In this document: in pieces, positions 21,418 to 31,579 of the stretch
How positions within the stretch are numbered: the stretch's first letter is position 1
Layout: the number at the start of each line of letters is the position of its first letter
Source: an uncultured Bacilli bacterium
GTDB taxonomy: Bacteria; Bacillota_I; Bacilli_A; RF39; UBA660
Assembly (NCBI GenBank): GCA_947627915.1
Contig: CANQXT010000001.1
Location: forward strand, 2,231 to 66,230
Reading direction: 5' to 3'
DNA length: 64,000 bases
Notes under the pieces: model-generated
The model's database searches: none
Told to the model about the DNA's origin: nothing
Seen by the model: only the letters and a program-made list of their open reading frames with translations
Made by a program: the position numbers and the translations under genes

Positions 21418-22428
21418 TTACAAATTATTTAAATATTTAATGGCATCTTCTAAAGTTTTAACTTTAACTATTTCAATATCTAAATCCCTTTTCTTTTTAA
21501 TATCCATGGCTTCTTTATAATTTTCTTTAGGACAAAAGAAGATATCAACCCCATTTTTACTAGCACCCAAAACTTTATATTTAACGCCTCCAATTTCTCC
21601 TACTATACCATCATTCGAAATTGTTCCTGTTCCTGCTATATTATAACCCTTTGTAATATCATTTTCTGTTAAAGCATTATATATGGCTAAACTCATCATT
21701 AAACCACCACTACTACCTGATTCACTATCTTTCATTTTTACTTTTACAGGTATCTCAGTTTTATATTCATAATCAGTTTTAAATGATATACCTATTTTTA
21801 AAGAATCATCCTCTTCTTCATAATAAAGATAAGCATATTTATCATAATATTCATTATCTTTCATAACTTTTATATTTACTTTATCATTAACTTTTAAAGT
21901 TTTTAAATATTCTTTTAAATCATCTAAAGAAGTTATTTGATAATCATTAACACTTATTATTTCATCACCAACTTCAATAGAAGTATTGGCTTTATCGCTA
22001 ATATATAATACTGTATTAGTAGTTTTCGTAATATCTATTTTAGCACCAGCTTCTTTATAGGCGGCCATAATGGCATTATCAATGCCTTCATTTAAATATA
22101 CTTTACCCTCTTCAATAACTTCATCATAACTTTTTTCATTGGTTATTTCTTTTAAAGGAACTAAATCCCAATCTGGTATAATATAAGATAATAAGATAAA
22201 AGGAACAATACCTTTCATCGCTGTAACATAACTCATTTGTAATTTTCCTTTTTCTTTATATTCCGTTTCTATTTCAAGACGATCCTTTAAATCAATTGTA
22301 CCCCCACTCCGATAAATAACAAAGGGTAATTCAATATTAAATAATAATAAAATAACTATTATACCTATTAAAAAAAGATAATTTTCTTTTATATACTTTT
22401 TTATTTTTTCATATAATTTAGTAAACAT
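21418..22428 (-). CDS. YlbL-like membrane-anchored PDZ + Lon-protease-domain protein
   Basis: 336 aa. N-terminal TM, a PDZ domain (VGDEIISVNDYQITSLDDLKEYL) and a Lon C-terminal proteolytic-domain-like region (SGSSGGLMMSLAIYNAL...GTGTISNDGIVGEIGGVKYKVLGA). Confidence 0.7.
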   Translation of the reverse strand: MFTKLYEKIKKYIKENYLFLIGIIVILLLFNIELPFVIYRSGGTIDLKDRLEIETEYKEKGKLQMSYVTAMKGIVPFILLSYIIPDWDLVPLKEITNEKSYDEVIEEGKVYLNEGIDNAIMAAYKEAGAKIDITKTTNTVLYISDKANTSIEVGDEIISVNDYQITSLDDLKEYLKTLKVNDKVNIKVMKDNEYYDKYAYLYYEEEDDSLKIGISFKTDYEYKTEIPVKVKMKDSESGSSGGLMMSLAIYNALTENDITKGYNIAGTGTISNDGIVGEIGGVKYKVLGASKNGVDIFFCPKENYKEAMDIKKKRDLDIEIVKVKTLEDAIKYLNNL

Positions 22429-22469
22429 GTTTAATCACCTAATACATTATAACACTTTGAGGGATACTT

Positions 22470-23393
22470 ATGAATAAAATTAGAAACATTTTCACAATTA
22501 TTTTATTTTTTAGTATGATTTTAATATTATTTAAAAGTAATTATATTTTAGAAGTAAGTGTTATTCAAGCTTTTAATATATGGTTACATAGAGTATTTCC
22601 TAGTCTATTTATCATGTTTATTTTAAGTGATATTATCATTAATTTAAATTTATTAGATAATATATGTCTGTTTTTTAATAAAATATTTAATAAATTATTT
22701 CATACCACAAATAAATCTGGAGAAGTATTTTTATTATCTTTAATAAGTGGAACTCCAACTAGTACTTATATTATTCTTAAAATGTATGAAAAAAATAATA
22801 TTACTTTAGAAGATGCTAATAAATTAATTAGTTATACTTATTTTTCTAATCCTTTATTCTTATATAATATATTATCTTTAACTTTTAATAAATATATTGT
22901 AATAAAAATTATTTTCTTTCATTATATTAGTAATCTTTTAGTTGCTTTTTTTAAAAGACAAAAGAAAACTATATCTAATAATATAACTACTAATAATAGT
23001 ACTAATAATAATTTACTTATTCTTTTACCTAAAAGTATTCAAAATAGTTTTAATACTTTACTACTTATTTTAGGAACAATAACTTTTTATATGATAATTA
23101 CGAATTTAATTACTTATTATATTCCTTTAAATAACTTATTTAATATCTTAATAAAAGGCTTCTTAGAAATAACCCAAAGTTTAAATGTTTTAAATAGTTT
23201 AAATTATACAAGTATTATAAAAGAGATAATAGCTCTTTCTATTATCTCTTTTGGAGGACTTTCAATTCATACCCAAGTATTAGCTATATTAAATGATAGT
23301 AAAATTAAATATAAATACTTTTTAAAGGGAAGAATTTGGCAAGTCTTATTAAGCACAATTACCTATTTGATATACACCATTCTCATAATTTAA
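22470..23393 (+). CDS. Polytopic membrane protein, possibly YlbJ-like (nucleoside-recognition/gate-domain family)
   Basis: 307 aa, multi-TM. Divergent from the ylbL-like gene, as ylbJ/ylbL are neighbours in Bacillus. Weak inference from topology and synteny only. Confidence 0.35.
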   Translation: MNKIRNIFTIILFFSMILILFKSNYILEVSVIQAFNIWLHRVFPSLFIMFILSDIIINLNLLDNICLFFNKIFNKLFHTTNKSGEVFLLSLISGTPTSTYIILKMYEKNNITLEDANKLISYTYFSNPLFLYNILSLTFNKYIVIKIIFFHYISNLLVAFFKRQKKTISNNITTNNSTNNNLLILLPKSIQNSFNTLLLILGTITFYMIITNLITYYIPLNNLFNILIKGFLEITQSLNVLNSLNYTSIIKEIIALSIISFGGLSIHTQVLAILNDSKIKYKYFLKGRIWQVLLSTITYLIYTILII

Positions 23394-23942
23394 CATATTA
23401 CCACTTATAGAACCATCTATATCAGGTAACTTACCTACTTTAGTTAATTCAATATCATCAATAACATTATTAAATTCTTTACTATTTCGTTTATGTTCTG
23501 GATTATTATAAACGTAAAACTTAATAATAAAATAATATTTATCAGCATTTTTCTTAACTGTAAAACTACCACAACCATCGATATTAGCATTTTTCATTTC
23601 CCATTTATTATCATTACCTTCAACATCTAAGTAATTTAAATAATATTTACCATCTTGTTTATCAATAGTCATTTTAGCTACACGATTAGGATAAATAAAA
23701 TCAATGTCAACTTTACTAGTAGAATTAGATCTTATGCCAACTAAATCAAACTTATTTATATCACTAGCAATCTTATATAAACCTTGCGTTCTATTTATTT
23801 GATTATTATAAACAAAATTATTACTTTCTGTTTCACCTTTTAAGTCAGTTAATAATTGGAATAAAAATAATAAAACTATACCAATTAAAACAATACTTAA
23901 TAATAATTCCATTAAACTTAATCCTTTGTTATTTAGTTTCAT
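23349..23942 (-). CDS. Prepilin-type N-terminal cleavage/methylation domain protein (competence pseudopilin-like)
   Basis: 197 aa. N-terminus KGLSLMELLLSIVLIGIVLL fits the type IV pilin class III leader (G|xxxxE, Glu at +5) followed by a hydrophobic helix. Confidence 0.6.
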   Translation of the reverse strand: MKLNNKGLSLMELLLSIVLIGIVLLFLFQLLTDLKGETESNNFVYNNQINRTQGLYKIASDINKFDLVGIRSNSTSKVDIDFIYPNRVAKMTIDKQDGKYYLNYLDVEGNDNKWEMKNANIDGCGSFTVKKNADKYYFIIKFYVYNNPEHKRNSKEFNNVIDDIELTKVGKLPDIDGSISGNMLNYENGVYQIGNCA

Positions 23943-24039
23943 AACTTCACCTCTATTATCAAAACTAATTGTCTATACTATTTAATTATATCTTAAAATT
24001 TGCTTATATTCAACTTAATCTTGAAAATTTTCAAATAAA

Positions 24040-24060
24040 AAGAAAGAATAATTCTTTCTT
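24040..24060 (-). terminator. Putative hairpin terminator overlapping the stop of the 24059..24991 gene
   Basis: aagaaagaa (24040-24048) / ttctttctt (24052-24060), preceded on the plus strand by an A-run. Confidence 0.35.
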
Positions 24061-24991
24061 AACTAACATTTAAACTATCTAATAAAAGATTACCAATACT
24101 AATATTTAATTTATTATCACTATAAGTAAAACTAATATCATTATTATCACCACTTAATTCATAAGTTTTTAATAATTCAATATTATTATAAACATATAAT
24201 GTTTGATCTTGGATTAAACCAATATATTTATCAGCATAGGTATAAGAATCAATATGATATTGTTCATATAATCTCTCACCATTATAATTAAAAATCATAT
24301 ATTCATCTCGATAACCAATTATATAATTTGGGGAATAATCTACTAAAGGCATATCAATTGCTTGACACATTGTTGTATTAGTTTGATTTATTAGATACCA
24401 CATACTATTCTTACTAACAATAAATGTTTCTGTATCAAGTTTACCATCTTCCGTTAATTTATTTTTTAAACCAATAAATTCATAATCTAGGGGAATAATA
24501 TTTTTAAAATCATTAGTTCCTGTATTATCTATTTTTATAACACCCCATAAATTATTAATCCCATTTTGAACAATATATAAATTATTATCTAGAGTAGTAT
24601 TATATGTTTTAATACTTTTTAAATTAATAAAACTTTTACCATTTCTAATATCATATAAACTTATTACATTATTATCATTTATAAAAGTATGTGATGAACC
24701 ATTATATTTAATAACATCATCTACGCCATCTTTATAATAGTTAATATGATAAGTATCATCATCAATAATTGGTTTAGCAAGTTCACAAATAGAAGATTTA
24801 CATTTATAAGTATTAATTAAATTATCTTTTGCATCATAGAACCATAAACTATTATCATAGAAGAAATCATGATTAGGATTTTCAATTACGGCACTATCTT
24901 GAATATGTTTAACTAAACCAATTATAGTAATGGGTAAAAAGATAACTAATAAAATAACAATATTTATAAGAGCAATCTTTTTATTCTTCAT
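24059..24991 (-). CDS. Hypothetical membrane-anchored extracellular protein
   Basis: 310 aa. N-terminal TM anchor (IALINIVILLVIFLPITIIGL), Asn/Tyr-rich extracellular region and a Y-x-C-x(5-6)-C motif shared with the downstream 693-aa protein. Confidence 0.45.
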   Translation of the reverse strand: MKNKKIALINIVILLVIFLPITIIGLVKHIQDSAVIENPNHDFFYDNSLWFYDAKDNLINTYKCKSSICELAKPIIDDDTYHINYYKDGVDDVIKYNGSSHTFINDNNVISLYDIRNGKSFINLKSIKTYNTTLDNNLYIVQNGINNLWGVIKIDNTGTNDFKNIIPLDYEFIGLKNKLTEDGKLDTETFIVSKNSMWYLINQTNTTMCQAIDMPLVDYSPNYIIGYRDEYMIFNYNGERLYEQYHIDSYTYADKYIGLIQDQTLYVYNNIELLKTYELSGDNNDISFTYSDNKLNISIGNLLLDSLNVS

Positions 24992-27062
24992 TATTATCAG
25001 TTCCTTCGTTATTATCTACATTATTATCTTGATTATTTTCTGTACTTGGAGTATTCTCTTCCTTATCTTGATCTTCTTTTTCTTCTTCTATACTAGTTGT
25101 TGGTATTACTTTACCATCTTTAGTATACTTATATTCTTTTCCACTTGCTTTAATAACAAAACCACTATCAGATGATTCAACTGTATAATCATCCCCAGTA
25201 ACTATAACAGGTTCTTCTAAAATACCTATTATATTATTATAACGATATATATTTAATTTACCTGCTTGAATACCAACATAATAATTATCATACATAGTTA
25301 ACATATCAAATGTAGTACTTAGTTTTTCAAAATTACTTGTATAAATAGTATAAGTATTATCTATACCTGTTAAAAGATAATAATCATTTTCTTTTCTAAT
25401 TTCTTTATATTTATAATCTATTTTACCTTTTACTGTACTACCATTTATTTCTAAAACACCATAATTACCAGCATTATTACCAGTGGCTGATTTACTTATA
25501 ATATAAGATGTTGAAGTATAGATTGGTTTTATTTCTTCATTTAATTCATTACCATTTATAATTATTTCACTATAAGTACTACGAACACGATTTGTTTTTA
25601 AATCATATAAATAGATATTTGTTAAATCACTAGCTATATTATCATAAATAAAGACATATTCATTATTATAAATACCACTATAAAGGTCATTTACTTTATA
25701 AACAGTACATTTACTTAAAGTATCACTTGTACTATTTAAAGTATTTTTATTCTCACAAGTATATGTACCAATAACATCATCTTTATCTTTATCACTATAG
25801 AAATATAATTTACCATCAAAATAACTAATTAAATCATAATTACTACTAATAATACCATCTAACATATTAATTTCTTTAGTATTATTATTTACTGTAACAT
25901 AGGCAATATTTCCTTTAACTTCAATAGAGTAAGCACTTTTAACTTCTTTTAAACGATTATTTTCATAAACGTTAACAGTAGTTAAATTATCTAATGATTC
26001 TAAACGTACACCATCTTCATTTAATTTATTTAGATGATTATCTAATAAATATAAACGATTACTTTTTACTAAACTAATAATATCATCATTTAAACTAATA
26101 TAATCATAATCACTAACTAATTCATTATAATCATAATCATATAAACTATATGTTCTATTAGTTTTAGCAACTATAAAATCACTATTTAAACTTGTTATAG
26201 AAGCTTTAAAATTACTACTTAATTTTTTACCTTCACTATCAATAACATAATAATTATCACCATCTTTAGCTAAGATATATTTTAAGGTAGGATTGATAAT
26301 TCCTAGGTAATCATAAGATGGTCTAATTAAATAATTATATTCATCTTGATTAAATTCTATTAAACCAAATTTATTAGCAGTATCTTCAATAACAACAATA
26401 TTATCTAATGCAGAATCAGCTTTTAAACTACTAATTGGTAATTTTTCACTATTACTTATATTATATAAGAATTTATCTTCACCATCTTGAACAAATACAA
26501 ATTTCTTAAAATATATTTTTGAATTAGATATTATTTCTTCTCCAGTAACATTAACATTTTTAACTCGATCAAAAATATCATTTTTATTATCTAATTTAGC
26601 TATCATACAATCAGTATCACTTTTATTAGTACATTCATATTTGCCAATTTCATTATCATTATCATCTAAGAAAATTAAATTACCATCACTATATTTATAG
26701 TTATCTTTTTCGACTATTACTGGGGTATCATCATTTGGCGTTGTTGGTTCTTTTTTATTAAATATCATAAATAAGACAATAGCAATAATAATACATAATA
26801 TTATTCCTAAGACAACAAAGAAAATTATTTTTTGCTTTTTACTTAAATCTTCCCATTTTTCTTTTAAGGTTTTTTTATGGTACTTATCTTCTCTTTTAAC
26901 TAATACTTCATTTTCTTCTTTTACTACTTCTTCTTCCTTAGTATTTTCTTTTTCTAAACTTTCTTTAGATTCACTATTATCTTGTTCTTCAGACCCTCCA
27001 AAAAAATCTTGTTCTTCATCGCTGCTATCTAATTCAATTATTTCATCGTCAAACTCTTTCAT
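24981..27062 (-). CDS. Hypothetical membrane-anchored protein with acidic cytoplasmic N-terminus and large repeat-rich extracellular domain
   Basis: 693 aa. Acidic N-terminus (EEQDFFGGSEEQDNSESKE), a TM helix (IIFFVVLGIILCIIIAIVLFMIF), repeated segments (GKYECTNKSDTDC and GTYTCENKNTLNSTSDTLSKC) and an acidic low-complexity C-terminus. Confidence 0.5.
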   Translation of the reverse strand: MKEFDDEIIELDSSDEEQDFFGGSEEQDNSESKESLEKENTKEEEVVKEENEVLVKREDKYHKKTLKEKWEDLSKKQKIIFFVVLGIILCIIIAIVLFMIFNKKEPTTPNDDTPVIVEKDNYKYSDGNLIFLDDNDNEIGKYECTNKSDTDCMIAKLDNKNDIFDRVKNVNVTGEEIISNSKIYFKKFVFVQDGEDKFLYNISNSEKLPISSLKADSALDNIVVIEDTANKFGLIEFNQDEYNYLIRPSYDYLGIINPTLKYILAKDGDNYYVIDSEGKKLSSNFKASITSLNSDFIVAKTNRTYSLYDYDYNELVSDYDYISLNDDIISLVKSNRLYLLDNHLNKLNEDGVRLESLDNLTTVNVYENNRLKEVKSAYSIEVKGNIAYVTVNNNTKEINMLDGIISSNYDLISYFDGKLYFYSDKDKDDVIGTYTCENKNTLNSTSDTLSKCTVYKVNDLYSGIYNNEYVFIYDNIASDLTNIYLYDLKTNRVRSTYSEIIINGNELNEEIKPIYTSTSYIISKSATGNNAGNYGVLEINGSTVKGKIDYKYKEIRKENDYYLLTGIDNTYTIYTSNFEKLSTTFDMLTMYDNYYVGIQAGKLNIYRYNNIIGILEEPVIVTGDDYTVESSDSGFVIKASGKEYKYTKDGKVIPTTSIEEEKEDQDKEENTPSTENNQDNNVDNNEGTDNNEE

Positions 27063-27139
27063 CTTATCACCCTATACTATATTTAAAATTATAACATACT
27101 TTTTTCTATAATAAAAGATATTAATTTCTATTTAAAATA

Positions 27140-27166
27140 TGCAGAAAAAAAGAACCCAGGTTCTTT
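27140..27166 (-). terminator. Rho-independent terminator downstream of comEC
   Basis: aaagaac (27149-27155) / gttcttt (27160-27166) hairpin, preceded on the plus strand by gcagaaaaaaa (a U-run on the minus transcript). Confidence 0.5.
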
Positions 27167-27241
27167 AATCTATAATAAACATTATATAATGTATTTTATT
27201 TTATGATATTCTTTTTATTTTGTGTAGTTTGCTTGTTTAAA

Positions 27242-29302
27242 CTATGGTTCAAATGTTTTAACACTAAGTTTTTTATTCGTTATTTTAAAAGCAATACTGC
27301 CATCTATATCAGTACGATATATTTTAGAATCTTTAATATTTTCTAATGTCTCTTTATTGGGATGACCATAACGATTATTTTTACCGACAGAAATTATCGT
27401 ATAAAGTGGTTTTATAGTATCTATAAATTCTTTACTACTACTTGTTTTACTACCGTGATGTCCTACTTTTAAAACATCTATGTTAAAAATATTATATTTG
27501 TTTAAAATTTCCTTCTCCACTTTAACGGATGCATCTCCCATAAAAAGAAATTGATAATTTTTAATTTTCATATATAAAATATTCGAATTATCATTTTCAT
27601 TATCATATTTTTGTGTATTTAAAAAATATAATTTATTATTTTTAATATCTAATTCTTTTACACAACTATTATAAGTTATATGTTTTTCTTTTAATTCTTC
27701 TTGTAAATTTTTTTCTAAACTATTAAATTCGCCACAATTAAAAATTACTTTTTGAACTGAAAAATTATTAACTATAAAAGTACTCTCTCCCATATGATCA
27801 TAATCACCATGCGTAGTTATTAATAAATCAATTTTTTTTATGCCTAAACTTTTTAAAAATAAAATAATATTTTTATAAAATTTAGTATCACTATTAATTA
27901 AACCTCCTGTATCCATCATTATTACACTTTTCTTATTTTCACTTATAATAATCTCACTATCACCCTGTGAAACATCTAAATAATAGATATAAGCATTTTT
28001 ATCTAATTTAGGAATTAATATATGGATATAAATTAATATAATAGTTAAAAGAAATATTCTTTTCTTTTTTATTTTTAAATATATAAGTAATATTACATAA
28101 TAAATAATAATGACTATAAAGGACATCTTAGGAATAATAAGCGAAAAAGAAAAAGAATGAAAAAATTTATTTGTAACTTCTAAAATAGTTATAGTTATTT
28201 TAAAAATAATAGCTAATGGTTTAATAAAAAAAGTAAGTAACGCTAAAGGAAAAACAATTAAAGATACAAAAGGAACATAAATAAGATTTAAAAGAAGACT
28301 TAAGAAATTAATTTCATAATTAATATTAACTGTAATAGGTAAACTCACAATAAAAGATAGTAAACTAATTTTTAATATTTTTTGGAAATAATGGCCATTA
28401 ATATTTTTACTACATAAAAGAATAGCTAAAGTAATAAGAAATGAATAAAGAAATCCTGTATCATAAATGCTAAAGGGATTAACCAAAAGAATAAGAAAAG
28501 CAGTTAAAAAAAGAATCTTTAAATTAGTTAAATTAAAATTTTTATAATTATTTAAACATTTCAAGATATAAAAGATAACTGCTCTTAATACTGATGAAGT
28601 ATAATTAGTTAAAAAAATAAAATATAATAAAATTAAACTTATAATTAAATTTTTAAATTTAAACTTTTTTAATAATTTATTTAAAACTAATACAATAAAA
28701 CCAATATGCATTCCCGAAATAGCAAATAAATGCCATATACCATTACTACGATAAATATCTATTACATCTTCATCTATATTATTTTTATCACCTAAAATAA
28801 ATAAACTTAAATAAGAACTTGTTAAAGAATCATATTTTCTAATTCTCTTATATATTTTATTTTTGATAGTATAAAAAATATTTTCATCATCAATTATTTC
28901 TAAATCTTTTACTATATAATTAACATAGATATGATTATGATATAAATAATTTTTATAATTAAAAGTATTAGGAATAGTATTATTATATAAATTACCTATA
29001 TTTCCTTTAAGATGTACCTTTTTACCTAATAAATCTTCTATATTATATTTTTGTTTCGGAGAATAATACAAACAATTTACATTTTCTTTCGTTTTAAGTA
29101 CAAAAGAAATTTTATCTTCTGTAACATTTCCTTTAATTATAATACCTTCTAATTCATTAAAATTAGTAATACTTGTTTTATATTTAATCACTACTGTCAA
29201 TGTTAAAACATAAATTAAGCAAAGAATAATTAGAATACAATAAGTTAAATTAGATTGTAATATCGTCTTTAATTTTAGCATATATACTATCTCCGATACC
29301 AC
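27242..29302 (-). CDS. comEC: DNA internalization competence protein ComEC/Rec2 (competence domain + metallo-beta-lactamase domain)
   Basis: 686 aa. Competence TM domain (IWHLFAISGMHIGFIV) and a C-terminal MBL fold (LLITTHGDYDHMGE, VGHHGSKTSSS, NRYGHP). The annotated start overlaps comEA by 53 nt; the real start is probably Met8 (about 29281). Confidence 0.85.
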   Translation of the reverse strand: MVSEIVYMLKLKTILQSNLTYCILIILCLIYVLTLTVVIKYKTSITNFNELEGIIIKGNVTEDKISFVLKTKENVNCLYYSPKQKYNIEDLLGKKVHLKGNIGNLYNNTIPNTFNYKNYLYHNHIYVNYIVKDLEIIDDENIFYTIKNKIYKRIRKYDSLTSSYLSLFILGDKNNIDEDVIDIYRSNGIWHLFAISGMHIGFIVLVLNKLLKKFKFKNLIISLILLYFIFLTNYTSSVLRAVIFYILKCLNNYKNFNLTNLKILFLTAFLILLVNPFSIYDTGFLYSFLITLAILLCSKNINGHYFQKILKISLLSFIVSLPITVNINYEINFLSLLLNLIYVPFVSLIVFPLALLTFFIKPLAIIFKITITILEVTNKFFHSFSFSLIIPKMSFIVIIIYYVILLIYLKIKKKRIFLLTIILIYIHILIPKLDKNAYIYYLDVSQGDSEIIISENKKSVIMMDTGGLINSDTKFYKNIILFLKSLGIKKIDLLITTHGDYDHMGESTFIVNNFSVQKVIFNCGEFNSLEKNLQEELKEKHITYNSCVKELDIKNNKLYFLNTQKYDNENDNSNILYMKIKNYQFLFMGDASVKVEKEILNKYNIFNIDVLKVGHHGSKTSSSKEFIDTIKPLYTIISVGKNNRYGHPNKETLENIKDSKIYRTDIDGSIAFKITNKKLSVKTFEP

Positions 29303-30020
29303 TTACATTTTTAATTTCTTCAATACTTTTAAAACCATTATTAAGTTGACGATATTCTATAATCTTTTGTGCTTTAGCATCCCCAATACCGGTTAAAGTT
29401 TTTAAATCATCAATTGTTGCTAAATTAATATTAATCTTTTTCTTTAATGAATTATCAACATAGGTATTTGTATCATTACTACTTATATTATCTTGAATAT
29501 TATTTTTTTCTTCTGTATCACTTGGGATAATTTCACTTTGATTATCTTTAGTACATATAGTTATATCATAATCAGGACATACACATACATTATCTACTTT
29601 TTCTTTAGAAGATTCTTTATTAAAATCTTTCTTTTGATAAATATAAATAACCATTTCATCAACTAATTTTTTACTTAAATTAATATTATCTGTATAAGCA
29701 TCTTTAGTAAGTCCCCCGGCCATTGTAATAACATCATTAATTATATTATTATTAGTCACTTCATAAACATTAGGATTTTGCACTGCACCCTTTATTTCTA
29801 CAAAAAAACTTTTTTCTGGTATCTCTTCTTGAACATTTTCTACTTCTAAATTTTCTTTTTCTAATTCTAAATCACTACAAGTACAATTACAATCATAATT
29901 AAAATATAAGTATATAAAAACAATTAATCCTCCAAGTAAAACAACATTACCAATAAGACTTAGTAATAACATCCATCTTTCTTTGATAAAAGTTAAAAAA
30001 TCCATAAAACCTCCTTTCAA
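29250..30020 (-). CDS. comEA: Competence protein ComEA (DNA receptor; SLBB + tandem helix-hairpin-helix)
   Basis: 256 aa. N-terminal TM, SLBB domain (VEIKGAVQNPNVYEV...MAGGLTKDA) and a C-terminal HhH pair (ININLATIDDLKTLTGIGDAKAQKIIEYRQ...SGIGDSIYAKIKD). Confidence 0.85.
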   Translation of the reverse strand: MKGGFMDFLTFIKERWMLLLSLIGNVVLLGGLIVFIYLYFNYDCNCTCSDLELEKENLEVENVQEEIPEKSFFVEIKGAVQNPNVYEVTNNNIINDVITMAGGLTKDAYTDNINLSKKLVDEMVIYIYQKKDFNKESSKEKVDNVCVCPDYDITICTKDNQSEIIPSDTEEKNNIQDNISSNDTNTYVDNSLKKKININLATIDDLKTLTGIGDAKAQKIIEYRQLNNGFKSIEEIKNVSGIGDSIYAKIKDDITI

Positions 30021-30053
30021 TTTATATATACGGGATTTTTTATGGATTTCCTT

Positions 30054-31199
30054 TTAATTTTTTTCTTGTGCTAAATTATTTTCAATAGCAACTCTTTCAG
30101 TTATAAAAATCATAATTACAAAGTTTAAAGTTGATGATCCGCCATAACTCATTAACGGAAGAGGAACACCAGTTAAAGGTAATAATGCTAAAACACCAGA
30201 TAAATTAATAATTATATGGAACGCAATTAACCAAAATGTGCCATAAGCTAAAATAGAATTTCGTAAATTAGTTGCTGACTTAGCTATTTTTAAAATTCGA
30301 TAAAGCATAATAAAGTATAAAACAATAACTAACACACCAGTTAAAAGTCCTAATTCTTCAATAAGAATTGGAAAAATAAAATCGGTATGACTCTCAGGTA
30401 AATACAAGAATTTTTGCGTACTATTACCAATACCCACTCCAAATAAACGACCATTATTAATAGCAATAAAACCATTACAAACTTGATATCCGGTTTCTTC
30501 GGTATATCTTTGGCAAGGATTAGTAAACTTAAAACGACTCATTTGATCACTATTTAAAATACTAGCCCCACTTGAAAGTAAAGTTATTGCCACCGCTATT
30601 AAACCACAACCTAAAATTAGCATTATTTTGGGTAAATTACTTTTAATCATTGGCACTGAAATAAAAATACAAAAAGCGATAGCTACTAAAATTGCTGCAC
30701 TTCCAAAATCTGGTTGTAATAAAACTAAAACTCCAATAACAGCGCATATAATAAGTGGTAATAAATAAAGATAAATATTCTTTTTATTTTTCCTAACTAA
30801 AGAATTGTAAAAGACGGCCATAAAAATAATAATTGCTGACTTGGCAAATTCACTAGGTTGAAGTCCTAAACCAATGCCCGGAATATAAAACCAACTTTTA
30901 GTATGATTAGTAATACTACCATAAATAAATAATAATATTAAAGAAGTAATAATGCCAATAATATAAATCCAAGAGAAACTTTTATACCACTTAGTAGGAA
31001 TTCGCAAAATAATAAAACCAATCGTAAATGCCACAATATAAAAAATTAATTGGCGAACAAAAAAATATGTAGTACTTTTATTATAACGAAGTATGGCCGC
31101 AACTGATGATGAAGAAAAAACCATTAAAAGACCAATACAACTTAAGAGTATTACAATAAAAAATAAAGGTTTATCAATTTTGGCAAATATTTTTTTCAT
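30054..31199 (-). CDS. SEDS-family peptidoglycan glycosyltransferase (RodA/FtsW/SpoVE family)
   Basis: 381 aa with about 10 TM segments. Conserved LYLPESHTDFIF and PLPLMSYGGSS motifs. This is a second SEDS gene outside the dcw cluster and is likely rodA-like. Confidence 0.85.
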   Translation of the reverse strand: MKKIFAKIDKPLFFIVILLSCIGLLMVFSSSSVAAILRYNKSTTYFFVRQLIFYIVAFTIGFIILRIPTKWYKSFSWIYIIGIITSLILLFIYGSITNHTKSWFYIPGIGLGLQPSEFAKSAIIIFMAVFYNSLVRKNKKNIYLYLLPLIICAVIGVLVLLQPDFGSAAILVAIAFCIFISVPMIKSNLPKIMLILGCGLIAVAITLLSSGASILNSDQMSRFKFTNPCQRYTEETGYQVCNGFIAINNGRLFGVGIGNSTQKFLYLPESHTDFIFPILIEELGLLTGVLVIVLYFIMLYRILKIAKSATNLRNSILAYGTFWLIAFHIIINLSGVLALLPLTGVPLPLMSYGGSSTLNFVIMIFITERVAIENNLAQEKN

Positions 31200-31321
31200 A
31201 CACTCATTCCTATAATTAGGATATCATAAAAAAGCAAAGATAAAAATAAATTCTGCAGTTTTTAATGTCAAAATGTGACTAATATTAATAAAATATAATA
31301 GATACATAAAGGAGGTATAAT

Positions 31322-31516
31322 ATGTATTATTATGGAAATAATGGTTACTATGGTGGTAACTATGCTAGTACTCCTTGTGGTGGTAGTGGCTATGCTGGAT
31401 ACACAAGTGGTTATGGTATAGGAGCAGCAATATGGATTGTTTTATTTATCCTATTAGTCATAATAATCGGTGCTGGTTGGTTTAACGGTAATAATAACAA
31501 CAATTTTAATAATTAA
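31322..31516 (+). CDS. YjcZ-like Gly/Tyr-rich small membrane protein
   Basis: 64 aa: GY-rich N-terminus (MYYYGNNGYYGGNYASTPCGGSGYAGYTSGYG) then a hydrophobic helix (AAIWIVLFILLVIIIGAGWF), as in the sporulation protein YjcZ family. Strong SD AAGGAGGT 7 nt before the ATG and a terminator immediately after. Confidence 0.6.
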   Translation: MYYYGNNGYYGGNYASTPCGGSGYAGYTSGYGIGAAIWIVLFILLVIIIGAGWFNGNNNNNFNN

Positions 31517-31539
31517 GGAGTTTTTTACTCCTTTTTTTG
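31515..31539 (+). terminator. Rho-independent terminator of the small GY-rich gene
   Basis: aaggagt (31515-31521), loop ttttt, actcctt (31527-31533), then T7. Confidence 0.6.
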
Positions 31540-31549
31540 TGCTATAAAT

Positions 31550-31578
31550 TAAAAAAAGTAAAGATTTTCCTCTTTACT
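31550..31578 (-). terminator. Putative terminator for the NlpC/P60 hydrolase gene (bidirectional arrangement with the previous one)
   Basis: agtaaaga (31557-31564) / tctttact (31571-31578), preceded on the plus strand by A7. Confidence 0.45.
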
Positions 31579-31579
31579 T

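Noticed and set aside
24930-25175. 81-aa plus-strand ORF
   Set aside because: Antisense overlap with two minus-strand genes. Poly-Phe/Ile composition typical of AT-rich shadow frames.
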